Below are positions 19,179 to 28,505 of a DNA stretch of 64,000 nucleotides, in pieces (the first letter of the stretch is position 1; every line of letters begins with the position of its first letter). The translations under genes were made by a program, and so were the position numbers. The stretch covers positions 322,463 to 386,462 of the forward strand of contig CBDBMR010000014.1 of assembly GCA_965207535.1 (NCBI GenBank), read 5' to 3'. A model generated the notes under the pieces. That model was not told where the DNA came from. It was given only the letters and a program-made list of their open reading frames with translations, and made no database searches. This stretch comes from Rhodospirillales bacterium (GTDB lineage Bacteria > Pseudomonadota > Alphaproteobacteria > Rhodospirillales > UBA2165).

Positions 19179-19901
19179 CTAAGGGATTATTTTCCAGTAG
19201 GCGTCTTTTCGGACGATCAGGCCGTCGCCGATCTCGTACACGTCGAATCCGCTGGACTTACGCCACTTTCCGTCCGGTCCCATATACTCGACTTCATAAG
19301 TCTGGTGGACGATTGTGCCCAGGAACTTCCAGACGGAGCCGGAGAATTTTGGCCCGTTCGGCATGGTGAAGCGATGCTCCATTTCCTGGAGGACTTCCTT
19401 CCGCCCGTAGATCACCTTGCCGTTGGGAAGGTGCCATTGAATGGCCGGGGACAGGCACTCTCCCAGCACTTTCATATCCCGGGAGCTGAACGCTTCCTCA
19501 AACCTCGTGAAGAGCTTTTTGTATTCCATCTCGTCCGCCGGCGTCACCTTGATGGACTTGCGTTTGATTTTCTCCTTTTTTTGGCCGGAGACATTCAAGC
19601 GGACACGAAGGCCGTAATTGGACGTCCGGTCAGGCCGGGCGTCCTTGATCGTGTCGAGGGACCGTATGTCCTGGACGGCCTGATCGCCGTCATTGTCCCT
19701 GATCTTCAATAGGGAACTTGTTTTGCGGGCCTTGCCGGCCGGTTCGGATCCAGCCGCCGTGCTATTCCTTGATTTCTTGGCCGCGCGCGGCTTTCGCTTC
19801 TCGGATTGTTTGCCCTTCCGCGTCCTGCCGGCCGCCTCTTCGGATGCGGATCCACCGATATCCTCTGTCGTCTGGCGCAGATTATTGTCGACAACTCTCA
19901 T
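19179..19901 (-). CDS. SnoaL/NTF2-like protein with long basic, low-complexity N-terminal extension
   Basis: C-terminal FEEAFSSRD...GRKEV...GFDVYEIGDGLIVRKDAYWK. GAGGA RBS before ATG 19901. The N-terminal ~115 aa is rich in K/R/S/A. Confidence 0.75.
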   Translation of the reverse strand: MRVVDNNLRQTTEDIGGSASEEAAGRTRKGKQSEKRKPRAAKKSRNSTAAGSEPAGKARKTSSLLKIRDNDGDQAVQDIRSLDTIKDARPDRTSNYGLRVRLNVSGQKKEKIKRKSIKVTPADEMEYKKLFTRFEEAFSSRDMKVLGECLSPAIQWHLPNGKVIYGRKEVLQEMEHRFTMPNGPKFSGSVWKFLGTIVHQTYEVEYMGPDGKWRKSSGFDVYEIGDGLIVRKDAYWKIIP

Positions 19902-19997
19902 AACATTTCCTCGCTGCTGATGAGAGGGACAGTCTCCCGGTCTTCGCTTTTATCCTTATCGACCGTGCCGATAAACTACCGGCATGGAATCGAGCTT

Positions 19998-20033
19998 GTC
20001 AATGAAAATGAATATGAATTCATTTTCATTGAC
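19998..20033. promoter_or_regulatory. Perfect inverted repeat (putative operator) in divergent promoter region
   Basis: GTCAATGAAAATGAAT-atga-ATTCATTTTCATTGAC, 16-bp arms with a 4-bp spacer. Confidence 0.7.
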
Positions 20034-20097
20034 TCCCGAAGCGCATTTTCATAGTGTCGTCGAACCCTGATTCAAAACCCAACGGGAGGCTCGTAGG

Positions 20098-21096
20098 ATG
20101 AAAATCAATTCAAAATTATTGGCGGGAACCCTGGCCGTGGCCGTGATGTCATTTTCGGCATCCGCCGTCGCCAAGGAACTCCGTCTCAGCATGGCGCCGC
20201 CGCCGAATTCGCCTTGGGGTGCGGTGGCTCAGAAGTTCGTCGACAAAGTCAATGAAGTGTCGGGCGGCAAGCTGACCATCAAGGCGTTCATGGCATCCAA
20301 GCTCGGCGGCGAGCAGGACGTCGTCAAACAAATCGCCCGGGGGCGGATCGACATGGGCGTGATGTCCAATACGGCCGTGTCCCTGCTGGTACCGGAATTC
20401 GGCCTGCTCGCGTCACCCTACGCCTTCAATAGCGCCAAGCAGTTCGACTGCGTGGCGGACAATCATCTGCTGTCCACCTTCGGCAAGGAATTTGCCGGTG
20501 CCGGTATCAGGACGCTGTCCTGGATGGAAGTCGGCTTTCAGGTCGTCTACAGCAAGAACGGCGTCCGCGTGCCGGCCGACCTGGCCGGCGTGAAAATCCG
20601 GACGGCGCCGTCGGTGACCGATTCCAAGTTCATCCAGACCGCCGGCGGCACTGCCGTGCCGTTGAGCCCGAAGGACACTATTCCGGCCCTCAAGACCGGA
20701 CAGGTGACGGCCGCGACGCAGCTTTCCGTTTTCGGCATCGTCGTGGGATATCCCAAGGTTGCGCCGCACATTACGCTGACCCGTCACCAGCATCAAGTCG
20801 GCGGCGTCATCATTTCGAAGCGCACGTGGGATAAACTGTCCAAACAGGAACAAGGCTGGATCAACGAGTCCGCGCCGGTCTTCCTGGAATTGCGGAAAAT
20901 CATCCGCGGCGCGGAAGGTGCGCTGATCAAAAAGGCGCAAAAGGAAGGTGCGACGATCATCAACCTGACGGATGCCGAACTGGCGAAATGGAAATCCGTC
21001 GCGCCCAAGGCCCAGAAGATCATCCTGAAGGAGATGGGCGGAGCGGCCGGCGCCAAGTGGCAAGCCATCCAAAAGGCGAAGGCTGCGTGTTCCTAA
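20098..21096 (+). CDS. dctP: TRAP transporter substrate-binding protein
   Basis: Signal peptide, SKLGGEQDVV, DLAGVKIRT, ALKTGQV. Confidence 0.9.
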   Translation: MKINSKLLAGTLAVAVMSFSASAVAKELRLSMAPPPNSPWGAVAQKFVDKVNEVSGGKLTIKAFMASKLGGEQDVVKQIARGRIDMGVMSNTAVSLLVPEFGLLASPYAFNSAKQFDCVADNHLLSTFGKEFAGAGIRTLSWMEVGFQVVYSKNGVRVPADLAGVKIRTAPSVTDSKFIQTAGGTAVPLSPKDTIPALKTGQVTAATQLSVFGIVVGYPKVAPHITLTRHQHQVGGVIISKRTWDKLSKQEQGWINESAPVFLELRKIIRGAEGALIKKAQKEGATIINLTDAELAKWKSVAPKAQKIILKEMGGAAGAKWQAIQKAKAACS

Positions 21097-21105
21097 CGCC
21101 GGATC

Positions 21106-21597
21106 ATGCTGGCACGGACCCTTAGGTGGCTTAGGCTCATCGAAGCCTCAGTGGCGTCGGCCGCATACGCGGCCGTCGCCATTCTTCTTATGGCCGACGT
21201 GATTGGCCGTGAATTGTTCGAGACCGCCATCCTGGGGGCTCAGCAACTGGCCGTCTATGGCGCCATATTGGCCGGATTCCTGGGATTTACCCTGGCAACT
21301 TCCGACAACACCCACCTGCGCCCGGAATTTCTGGACTTCGTCCTGAAGCGGTTCGAGCCCTGGACGTCGCAGGCCGGCAACGCTCTTTCCGCCCTCTTCT
21401 TTTTCGGCGCCGGATATGTCGCCTGGACGTTCGTGGAAATTTCCATGGATGCGGGGGACAGGGCGCCGGTTCTCTATTTTTTCGTCTGGCCGCTCCAACT
21501 CATCATTCCCTACGCGTTCATCTCTTCCGGGCTCAAGCATCTGGCCTTCGCCGTCCGCCCGGACCTTCAGCCCGCAAAAGAGCGGGAAGCGGGCTAG
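21106..21597 (+). CDS. dctQ: TRAP transporter small permease
   Basis: Four hydrophobic segments, HLRPEF motif, position between dctP and dctM. Confidence 0.85.
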   Translation: MLARTLRWLRLIEASVASAAYAAVAILLMADVIGRELFETAILGAQQLAVYGAILAGFLGFTLATSDNTHLRPEFLDFVLKRFEPWTSQAGNALSALFFFGAGYVAWTFVEISMDAGDRAPVLYFFVWPLQLIIPYAFISSGLKHLAFAVRPDLQPAKEREAG

Positions 21598-21599
21598 CG

Positions 21600-22856
21600 G
21601 TGGCCGCAATCATCCTCTTGCTGCTTGTGTTGCTGGCGCTTGCCCTGCGCCAGAACGTCATCGTGATCCTGATCGGCGCGGCGGCGTACGTTCATCTCGT
21701 CTGGGGTGACGGACAACTGGAATTCCTGGCCGAGGACATCTGGATCAGCCTGGACAATTCCCTGCTGCTCGCGATCCCGATGTTTTTGCTGGCGGGATCC
21801 ATCATGACCCGGGGGTCCATCGCCCGCCGTCTCATAGATCTCGCCATCAGCGTAACCCGGCCCCTGCCCGGTGGACTGGCCGTCGCGACCATTCTGTCGT
21901 GCGCCATTTTTGCCGCCATATCGGGATCGTCCCCGGTGACGCTTCTGGCGGTCGGCACGATCCTCTATCCGGCCCTGCTGCAGCACGGCTATCCGAAAAG
22001 GTTCGCGCTCGGAGCGCTGACCTCGGGCGGCACCCTCGGCATCGTCATTCCGCCCTCCATTCCGCTGATCCTCTACGGCATCGTTACGGAGACCTCCATC
22101 GCCGATCTCTTTATCGCCGGCATCATTCCCGGCCTGATGATCGCGGCGGTCCTGGCGTTCTATTCCTATTGGGTAAACCGGCACATGCCGGCGGAACCGT
22201 TCGACCTGAACGAGGTCCTGACGGCCCTGGCGCGGGGCGGATGGTCCGCCATGCTGCCCGTCATCCTGTTGGGCGGCATCTACTCCGGCTTCTTTTCGCC
22301 GACCGAGGCCGCGGCCGTCGCCCTCGTCTATGCCTTGTTCGTGGAGATATTCATTCACCGGGAGCTGAAGCCCGTCGATTTCTACCACACGGCCGTCGAG
22401 ACCGCGAAACTGCTCGGCATGCTGTTCCCGATCGTTGCCGTTGCCCTCAGCCTCAAGACCATCCTGACGATCGAGGAAGTGCCCGATCAGTTGGCGATCT
22501 GGATATCCACCATAACCGAGAACAAGATCGCGTTCTTGCTGGCCGTCAACCTGTTGCTTCTGGTGGTCGGCTTTTTGTTCGATGTCATTTCGGCCATTTT
22601 GATCCTGGCCCCGCTTCTGCTGGTGCCGGCAATCGCCTTCGGCATTGATCCCATACACCTTGGGATCATCATGGTGATCAACCTTGAAATCGGGTTCCTG
22701 ACGCCGCCCATGGGACTCAACCTGATTGTCGCGATGACGGCCTTCCGCGAGAAGTTTCTGGAAATCTGCTACGCCGTCCTGCCCTTCATCGCCTTGATCT
22801 TCGGCGTTCTCATGGTCGTGACGTTTTGGCCGGCAACCGCCCTTCTGTTTCTATAA
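21600..22856 (+). CDS. dctM: TRAP transporter large permease
   Basis: LLAIPMFLLAG, AAISGSS, GTLGIVIPPSIP, EIGFLTPPMGLNL. Confidence 0.93.
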   Translation: MAAIILLLLVLLALALRQNVIVILIGAAAYVHLVWGDGQLEFLAEDIWISLDNSLLLAIPMFLLAGSIMTRGSIARRLIDLAISVTRPLPGGLAVATILSCAIFAAISGSSPVTLLAVGTILYPALLQHGYPKRFALGALTSGGTLGIVIPPSIPLILYGIVTETSIADLFIAGIIPGLMIAAVLAFYSYWVNRHMPAEPFDLNEVLTALARGGWSAMLPVILLGGIYSGFFSPTEAAAVALVYALFVEIFIHRELKPVDFYHTAVETAKLLGMLFPIVAVALSLKTILTIEEVPDQLAIWISTITENKIAFLLAVNLLLLVVGFLFDVISAILILAPLLLVPAIAFGIDPIHLGIIMVINLEIGFLTPPMGLNLIVAMTAFREKFLEICYAVLPFIALIFGVLMVVTFWPATALLFL

Positions 22857-22874
22857 CCCGCGAGCGACACCGAA

Positions 22875-23549
22875 ATGAATTTTGAAGATAACGACACGCC
22901 TCTCTCCGGCTTTCTGGAGAATGTCGCAGGTGTCCTGGAAGCAAACCAGGCGCGCAGCGTTCGCATCCGGGATTCATTTATCAACGCGGGAATCGATTTG
23001 CTGAACGAAGAACGTCTCGGCCATGTGACGATACCCAATTTGGCGAAATTGTGCGGCTGCTCCGTCGGCAGCTTTTACACCCGTTTCGAGGACAAGGAAG
23101 CCTACTTCCGGGCGCTCCGTGTCACGACCATCCACGCCTGCAATATGGAAATAGACCGGCGGGTTTCGGTCGAGGCGCTGAAAAAGCTGGGGCCCAGGAA
23201 GGGACTGGAGGAGCTGGTCGACCTCATGTCGGACCTGTTTACCAGCCGTTACCGGGGCGTGTTGAGAGAGAGCCTTCTCCGGATTTTGGAGCCCGACGAT
23301 CCATGGGCGCCCATGCGCGATTCCGCGAGGGGAATCATGTCCAATTATCACCGGGCCTTCGAGAACGCGTTCGAGGGATACAAACCGAGGGAAGCCAGAG
23401 AACGTCTAAGCTTTTGTTTTCAAATGATCGTGGGCGTGCTCCAAAACGATCTCGTCAACGACTACCACGTCTTTTCCACGCGGAATAAATCATTGCGCAA
23501 CGGCCTGAGGGATGCCGTGCTGAATTATATGAACCTTGGTGATCGTTGA
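22875..23549 (+). CDS. TetR/AcrR family transcriptional regulator
   Basis: N-terminal HTH IPNLAKLCGCSVGSFYTRFEDKE. Confidence 0.9.
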   Translation: MNFEDNDTPLSGFLENVAGVLEANQARSVRIRDSFINAGIDLLNEERLGHVTIPNLAKLCGCSVGSFYTRFEDKEAYFRALRVTTIHACNMEIDRRVSVEALKKLGPRKGLEELVDLMSDLFTSRYRGVLRESLLRILEPDDPWAPMRDSARGIMSNYHRAFENAFEGYKPREARERLSFCFQMIVGVLQNDLVNDYHVFSTRNKSLRNGLRDAVLNYMNLGDR

Positions 23550-23550
23550 T

Positions 23551-24069
23551 TTAGCGGCCGTTACCCGCACCCTTGGTTTCACCCGTTGCGGCCTCCGCAC
23601 CGCTGATGCTTTCCTCCAATTTGTCGAATACGTCGAACATCGTCCGGCGCTCTTGCACAGACAGATTGTTCAGAAGCAGGTCGTGGCGTTCCTGCATGTA
23701 GGGGCGCGCCCGCTCATAGGCGCCGCGTCCCGCGTCCGTCAGACGCAGCAACATATGGCGTTTGTTGGTCTTTGACGGCCGGCCTTCGATCAACCGGGTT
23801 TGCATCATGCCTTTGATGGCCCGGCTCAGGAGGCCTTTGTCCAATTGGGTCCAGCGGGCGATCTCGGACGATGTGCACTCGCCCAGGGTCTCCAGCATCA
23901 CCAGGACCCGCCACTGGGTGGGTGTGAGATCGCCGTGCTCCTTCAGAATTTTGATGGCCTGGGCATTCAATTTGGATTGAAGCCGGGACACCCTGAAGGA
24001 AATCATTTGGTCCAGCGGCGGAGAATCCATCTGTGGCTTCCCCCGCTTAAATGCCAACTTCTTGTTCAT
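23551..24069 (-). CDS. MarR family transcriptional regulator
   Basis: LTPTQWRVL...EIARWTQLDKGLLSRAIKGM...NKRHMLLRLTDAG. Confidence 0.9.
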   Translation of the reverse strand: MNKKLAFKRGKPQMDSPPLDQMISFRVSRLQSKLNAQAIKILKEHGDLTPTQWRVLVMLETLGECTSSEIARWTQLDKGLLSRAIKGMMQTRLIEGRPSKTNKRHMLLRLTDAGRGAYERARPYMQERHDLLLNNLSVQERRTMFDVFDKLEESISGAEAATGETKGAGNGR

Positions 24070-24106
24070 TGCGCAGCCATCCTGCCTGGAGAGACCCGCG
24101 TGTCAA

Positions 24107-24134
24107 ATATAATGTTGACCCGTCAACATTATAT
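24107..24134. promoter_or_regulatory. Perfect palindrome (putative MarR operator)
   Basis: ATATAATGTTGAC-cc-GTCAACATTATAT between the divergent marR and tctC. Confidence 0.75.
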
Positions 24135-24203
24135 GGGTAGCGTTTGAATAAGTGCAATGAAATGTACCAATATAATTTCGACACGACAGGGAGACGATTT
24201 TCC

Positions 24204-25154
24204 ATGAAACACACCTTCAAAATGCTGGTGGGCGCGTTTGCCCTTACCATGATGACGGCGGAGGCCTTGGCGGCAAACTGGTCGCCCCCCGGCCCCATCA
24301 AAATGCTGATCGCCTGGCGGGCGGGCGGCGGCGCCGACACACAGGCGCGGCTGATCGCGGAAGCCATCGAGAACAAGATGGGCTGGAAGTTCATCCCGGA
24401 ACAGGTCACCGGCAAAGGCGGCGTCAACATGCTGAACGCCCTCTCCAAGCTGCCCAATGACGGCACCGCCATCGGCATGGCGGTGACGGAAACCCTCGGC
24501 TACAACCTGGCGACCTCCAAATCCCGTCTAAAGGCATCCGATTTTACCGGCCTTTCGACCACGGCGGGATTTCAACTGGGCATCATCGGGCGGACCAAGG
24601 ACGGCTGGAAAACCATGCGCGACGTGATCGCGGCCGCGAAGGCGGGCAAGCAGATCCGTCTCGGGACCATGAGCCCCCGGCTGGCCGACCTGACCTATCT
24701 CCTGGAAAAGGCCAATGGCGTGAAATTCAACATCGTCTCCTACCGGGGCGGAATCGCCGTGTTGAACGCCATCAACGCAGGTGACGTGGACGTGGGGTAT
24801 GTTGCCGGTCCGCAGGCCAAGGGCGTGAAGGCCGGCGATCTGGTCGAACTGGCATCGGCCCTCTCCAAGCCGCTCAACGCCACGCCCAGCGCGCCGAAGC
24901 TCAGTGACCTCGGGGTCGACTTCAATGCCGACGGGCAGTTCGTCTTCGTCGGCCCGGGCGGCATGCCTGCCGCGGCGCAAGAGGCCTTGGGCAATGCAAT
25001 CGCCGGGATCGTCAACGATCCCAACCAAAAGGTCGCGAAGATCATCAAGCGCGTCTTCGGCGGTGCGGTCACCATCAAGGGCAAGAAACTGGATGCTCAT
25101 CTCCAGCAGGGGTATGACAACGCCGGCAAACTTGCGAAGGCCGTCAGCCAGTAG
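24204..25154 (+). CDS. tctC: Tripartite tricarboxylate transporter substrate-binding protein (Bug/TctC)
   Basis: Signal peptide, AGGGADTQAR, YRGG..VLNAINAGDVD. Start ATG 24204. Confidence 0.88.
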   Translation: MKHTFKMLVGAFALTMMTAEALAANWSPPGPIKMLIAWRAGGGADTQARLIAEAIENKMGWKFIPEQVTGKGGVNMLNALSKLPNDGTAIGMAVTETLGYNLATSKSRLKASDFTGLSTTAGFQLGIIGRTKDGWKTMRDVIAAAKAGKQIRLGTMSPRLADLTYLLEKANGVKFNIVSYRGGIAVLNAINAGDVDVGYVAGPQAKGVKAGDLVELASALSKPLNATPSAPKLSDLGVDFNADGQFVFVGPGGMPAAAQEALGNAIAGIVNDPNQKVAKIIKRVFGGAVTIKGKKLDAHLQQGYDNAGKLAKAVSQ

Positions 25155-25160
25155 GACGCC

Positions 25161-25787
25161 ATGATCGAGGGTCCGGACGGCATCCGGACCCTCGAAACCT
25201 CGAACATCGGCGCATACCCGGTGGATAACCGCTCCAACAGCAACGCCGTCCTGGGCGGGCTTTGCGTTCTGGCGGCGGCGCTGGTCGCCTTCGTCTGGGT
25301 GCCTCTCGACGTCGACTCCGGCGTCGTGGAACAAGTCCGCCGGCGTGTTCAGATCGGCGACAGCCTGGCGCCTATTACGGCGGCAGTGTTCATTGCGATT
25401 GGCGGACTGCTTCTCCTTTTTGTCGAACGCCGGTCACCCGATCAGCCGGTCTTTACCCTGCAAAACGTGCGTTTCATCGGAATTTCGGCGGTAATTATCG
25501 TTGTCGGCTTTCTGATCATGCGGTTTACCGGCCCGCTCACCGTCGACGTCGTCAATTGGCTGACCGGCGATGACTTGAAGTACAGGCTTCTCCGGGATTC
25601 GGCGCCTTGGAAGTTCATCGGGTATTTCATCGGCGGTATATTTGTCGTTGCCGGTCTGATGGCTCAGGCGGAGGGCAGAACAACCCGGAAAAACCTCGGC
25701 ATAGCCACCGCCGTCGTCATCGCCCTGATCCTGATCTTCGACGTTCCATTCGACGATCTGCTGTTGCCGCCGAACGGTGACGTCTGA
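25161..25787 (+). CDS. tctB: TctB-like small transporter membrane protein
   Basis: About five TM segments, lies between tctC and tctA. Confidence 0.65.
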   Translation: MIEGPDGIRTLETSNIGAYPVDNRSNSNAVLGGLCVLAAALVAFVWVPLDVDSGVVEQVRRRVQIGDSLAPITAAVFIAIGGLLLLFVERRSPDQPVFTLQNVRFIGISAVIIVVGFLIMRFTGPLTVDVVNWLTGDDLKYRLLRDSAPWKFIGYFIGGIFVVAGLMAQAEGRTTRKNLGIATAVVIALILIFDVPFDDLLLPPNGDV

Positions 25788-27382
25788 TGGGTGTCGGCGA
25801 CTACATTCTCCAGGGGATTCTAGCATTCTTTCTGGGGTCGGAGCTGTTTTCCGTATTCGGCATACCCGTCTCCATCAACATCGCCATGGTGATCGCCGGA
25901 TTTCTGCTCGGCATCATGGTGGGGGCAACGCCCGGACTGGCAGGCCCGGTCGCCATGGCCATTTCACTGCCGCTCCTTCTCTCGAGCTTCGGGTATCACG
26001 CATCGGCATTGCTGCCGGTTCTGGGATTCCTGATCGGGATCATGAAAGGGGCGACCGTCGGCGGCGCCGTGCCGGCCATCCTGTTCAATACGCCGGGCAC
26101 GCCGGATGCCTACATGACCACCCTGGATGGGTTTCCGATGGCGCAGAAGGGGCAGGCGAAGAAGGCTCTTCGCATTGCCCATTTCTCTTCGGCGTCCGGC
26201 GATACGTTCTCGGATTTGGTCCTGTTCGTCTGTGCGCCTTTTTTGGCCATCATCATCGAGGCCCATCTGGACCTCCCGGAGAAAACAGCCCTTCTAATCC
26301 TCTCTCTCAGTTTTATCGCCGCCGTGATCGGGGGATCACCGGCAAAAGGCTTGATTTCCACCGGACTTGGTCTTCTTGCCGTATTCATCGGGACCGGAGA
26401 AGATTTTTATCCCCGTCTATCCCTGGGTACGGATCAACTTGCACGCGGATTTCCAATTACCACCGCTGTCCTGGGCGTGCTGATTCTGGGCGCGGTCTTC
26501 GAGGGGATCGATAATCTCGTTCGGGAAAAGCGCGAAACCGGATCGTTTTCGGCTGTTCGGGAAAGCGGCGATCAGGGCCTCCATTGGCGGGATATCCGGC
26601 GCCTCATGCCCTATATTTCCCGCTCCGCGCTGATCGGGACGGCCATCGGCGCATTGCCGGGCATCGGATCGACCCTGGCCGCGACGCTCGGGTACACCAT
26701 CGGCAAATCGCGCCACCAAAAACGCAAAAGCCCGGATGATAAGGATTTCGGAACCGGCGCCCCGCAGGGCATCGCCGCCACCGAGGCCGCCAACTCCTCC
26801 GTGTCGGGCGCGAATTTGATTCCCGTACTGTCCCTTGGCATTCCCGGAAATGCGGCCGCCGTTTTTTTGATTTTGGCCGCCGAAAGCATCGGCGGTTTCG
26901 TGCCTGGCCCCGCCGTATTCAAATTCACCACGGACACGGTCAATCCGGAGCTGGTGATCGCGTTTGGCCTGTTTACCGCAATGGCCTTCGCGAACGTATT
27001 AAACTGGACCATCGGCGGGCTCTTCATGCGCACCATGGGCATCATGATCCGCATCCCGAAACAGATGCTGCTCCCCTCGGTCCTGCTGCTGACCTTGACC
27101 GCCATCTACATCCAGGAAACCCGGTTGGAAGCAATCTGGTTCGCGCTCGGGTTTGGGGTGTTGGGCTACGCCATGCGGAAGCTCGAGATTTCTCCCCTCC
27201 CCTTCGTCATCGCCTTCATTCTCGGCGACAAGCTGGAGCTGAGCGCCCGCCGGGCCTTCAGCGCCAGCGGGAACGATCCCTTTTTTCTGTTCAGCACGCC
27301 AATCGCCACGATCTTGATGCTCCTGGCCATTGGGGTCCTTGTCTATACCGCCCGGAAGCGGCGTCTCGAGGCTTCGGCGTGA
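25787..27382 (+). CDS. tctA: Tripartite tricarboxylate transporter large permease
   Basis: GATPGL, ILFNTPGTP, GIAATEAANS, LSLGIPGN. Confidence 0.9.
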   Translation: MGVGDYILQGILAFFLGSELFSVFGIPVSINIAMVIAGFLLGIMVGATPGLAGPVAMAISLPLLLSSFGYHASALLPVLGFLIGIMKGATVGGAVPAILFNTPGTPDAYMTTLDGFPMAQKGQAKKALRIAHFSSASGDTFSDLVLFVCAPFLAIIIEAHLDLPEKTALLILSLSFIAAVIGGSPAKGLISTGLGLLAVFIGTGEDFYPRLSLGTDQLARGFPITTAVLGVLILGAVFEGIDNLVREKRETGSFSAVRESGDQGLHWRDIRRLMPYISRSALIGTAIGALPGIGSTLAATLGYTIGKSRHQKRKSPDDKDFGTGAPQGIAATEAANSSVSGANLIPVLSLGIPGNAAAVFLILAAESIGGFVPGPAVFKFTTDTVNPELVIAFGLFTAMAFANVLNWTIGGLFMRTMGIMIRIPKQMLLPSVLLLTLTAIYIQETRLEAIWFALGFGVLGYAMRKLEISPLPFVIAFILGDKLELSARRAFSASGNDPFFLFSTPIATILMLLAIGVLVYTARKRRLEASA

Positions 27383-28443
27383 CGTCCCGAAAACTTCGCA
27401 TGTGGGCGTCCGGCTGTTCCCATGTTGCATACGACAAGGCGAACGGCCGCGAGAGTCTGGGCGATGCCATCCGCCAGGTGGAGCGGGATATCGACTGGGA
27501 CTTCGGAATAAATGTCGGCGACTTCTCGGCCGCCTTCGGCTTGCCGACGGACGAGGAGGGAGAAGAAATCGTCCGGCAGTTCGGTGCCCTCGGCAATCAT
27601 CCGCGGGAAGCCATTTACACCCTGTGCGGCAACCACGACCGAAACGCGCCGGACCAAGAGGAAGGTTTTTGGTTTCGCAAATATATAGATCCCGTGGGCG
27701 AAAACACCGGGGTATCAGGCGTTGATGCCGCCCGCATGCCCTACCCCGTTACGGGCACGTTCGAGCGATACCACTTCGACGTCGGCAACATCCGGGTCCT
27801 GATGATGAGCGACGTCAACGAAATGGCCCAGGAAAAGGGGCGCGGAGAACTGGGCGGCAATCCCGGCGGCGTCGTCACCCGGGAAACCTTCGACTGGTGG
27901 GTGGACCAAATCGAGTCCAATCACCGGGACAAGATCATCATTGCCGCGCATCACTACCTTCTCCACGAAACCACCGTCGCCACCGGCGACTGGGAAGGCA
28001 TGAAAAAGAACGCCGACGAAGAGTGGACCACCGACTATCACGGCTATTACGCCGAGGGCACGCCCCGGGAAGCGAGCTACCTGTGCTGGGTCGGCGGCAA
28101 GTACCGCGCGGGCGTTTTCGAGACGTGGCTCGAGGACAATCCCGGCAAACTGGATTTCTGGCTGGGCGGACATACCCATACCAACCCGGACGACACCCAC
28201 GGCGACAAAAGCCATATCGAAACCCGATATGGCGGTACGACCTTCGTCAACGTGGCGGCCCTGACCCGGTGGTTCGTCAAGGACCACGCCATGCCCCATT
28301 CCCGGCTTTTCACCTTCGAGGACGGGTCGGACCGGGCCTCCATCGAATGCTATATGCATACGGACGAATACAAGCCGCAGGGGTTCTACGAGGAGAAGAA
28401 GGCCGACATCCAGCTCACCAAACCGTTCCTGTACGACGGTTGA
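27379..28443 (+). CDS. Calcineurin-like metallophosphoesterase (atypical motif I)
   Basis: GCSH (at the DxH position), VGDFS, GNHD, AHH, GGHTH. Confidence 0.75.
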   Translation: MTSRKLRMWASGCSHVAYDKANGRESLGDAIRQVERDIDWDFGINVGDFSAAFGLPTDEEGEEIVRQFGALGNHPREAIYTLCGNHDRNAPDQEEGFWFRKYIDPVGENTGVSGVDAARMPYPVTGTFERYHFDVGNIRVLMMSDVNEMAQEKGRGELGGNPGGVVTRETFDWWVDQIESNHRDKIIIAAHHYLLHETTVATGDWEGMKKNADEEWTTDYHGYYAEGTPREASYLCWVGGKYRAGVFETWLEDNPGKLDFWLGGHTHTNPDDTHGDKSHIETRYGGTTFVNVAALTRWFVKDHAMPHSRLFTFEDGSDRASIECYMHTDEYKPQGFYEEKKADIQLTKPFLYDG

Positions 28444-28447
28444 GGCC

Positions 28448-28480
28448 TGAACCGCTCGTGAACCGCTCGTGAACCTCTCG
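28448..28480 (+). repeat. Tandem 11-bp repeat, three copies
   Basis: TGAACCGCTCG, TGAACCGCTCG, TGAACCTCTCG. Confidence 0.85.
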
Positions 28481-28505
28481 CACCCCAGGTGGAGTCTGAA
28501 GGCAA

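Noticed and set aside
28448-28480. CRISPR array from the short repeats (also at 5792 and 11273)
   Set aside because: No unique spacers of regular length and no cas genes.
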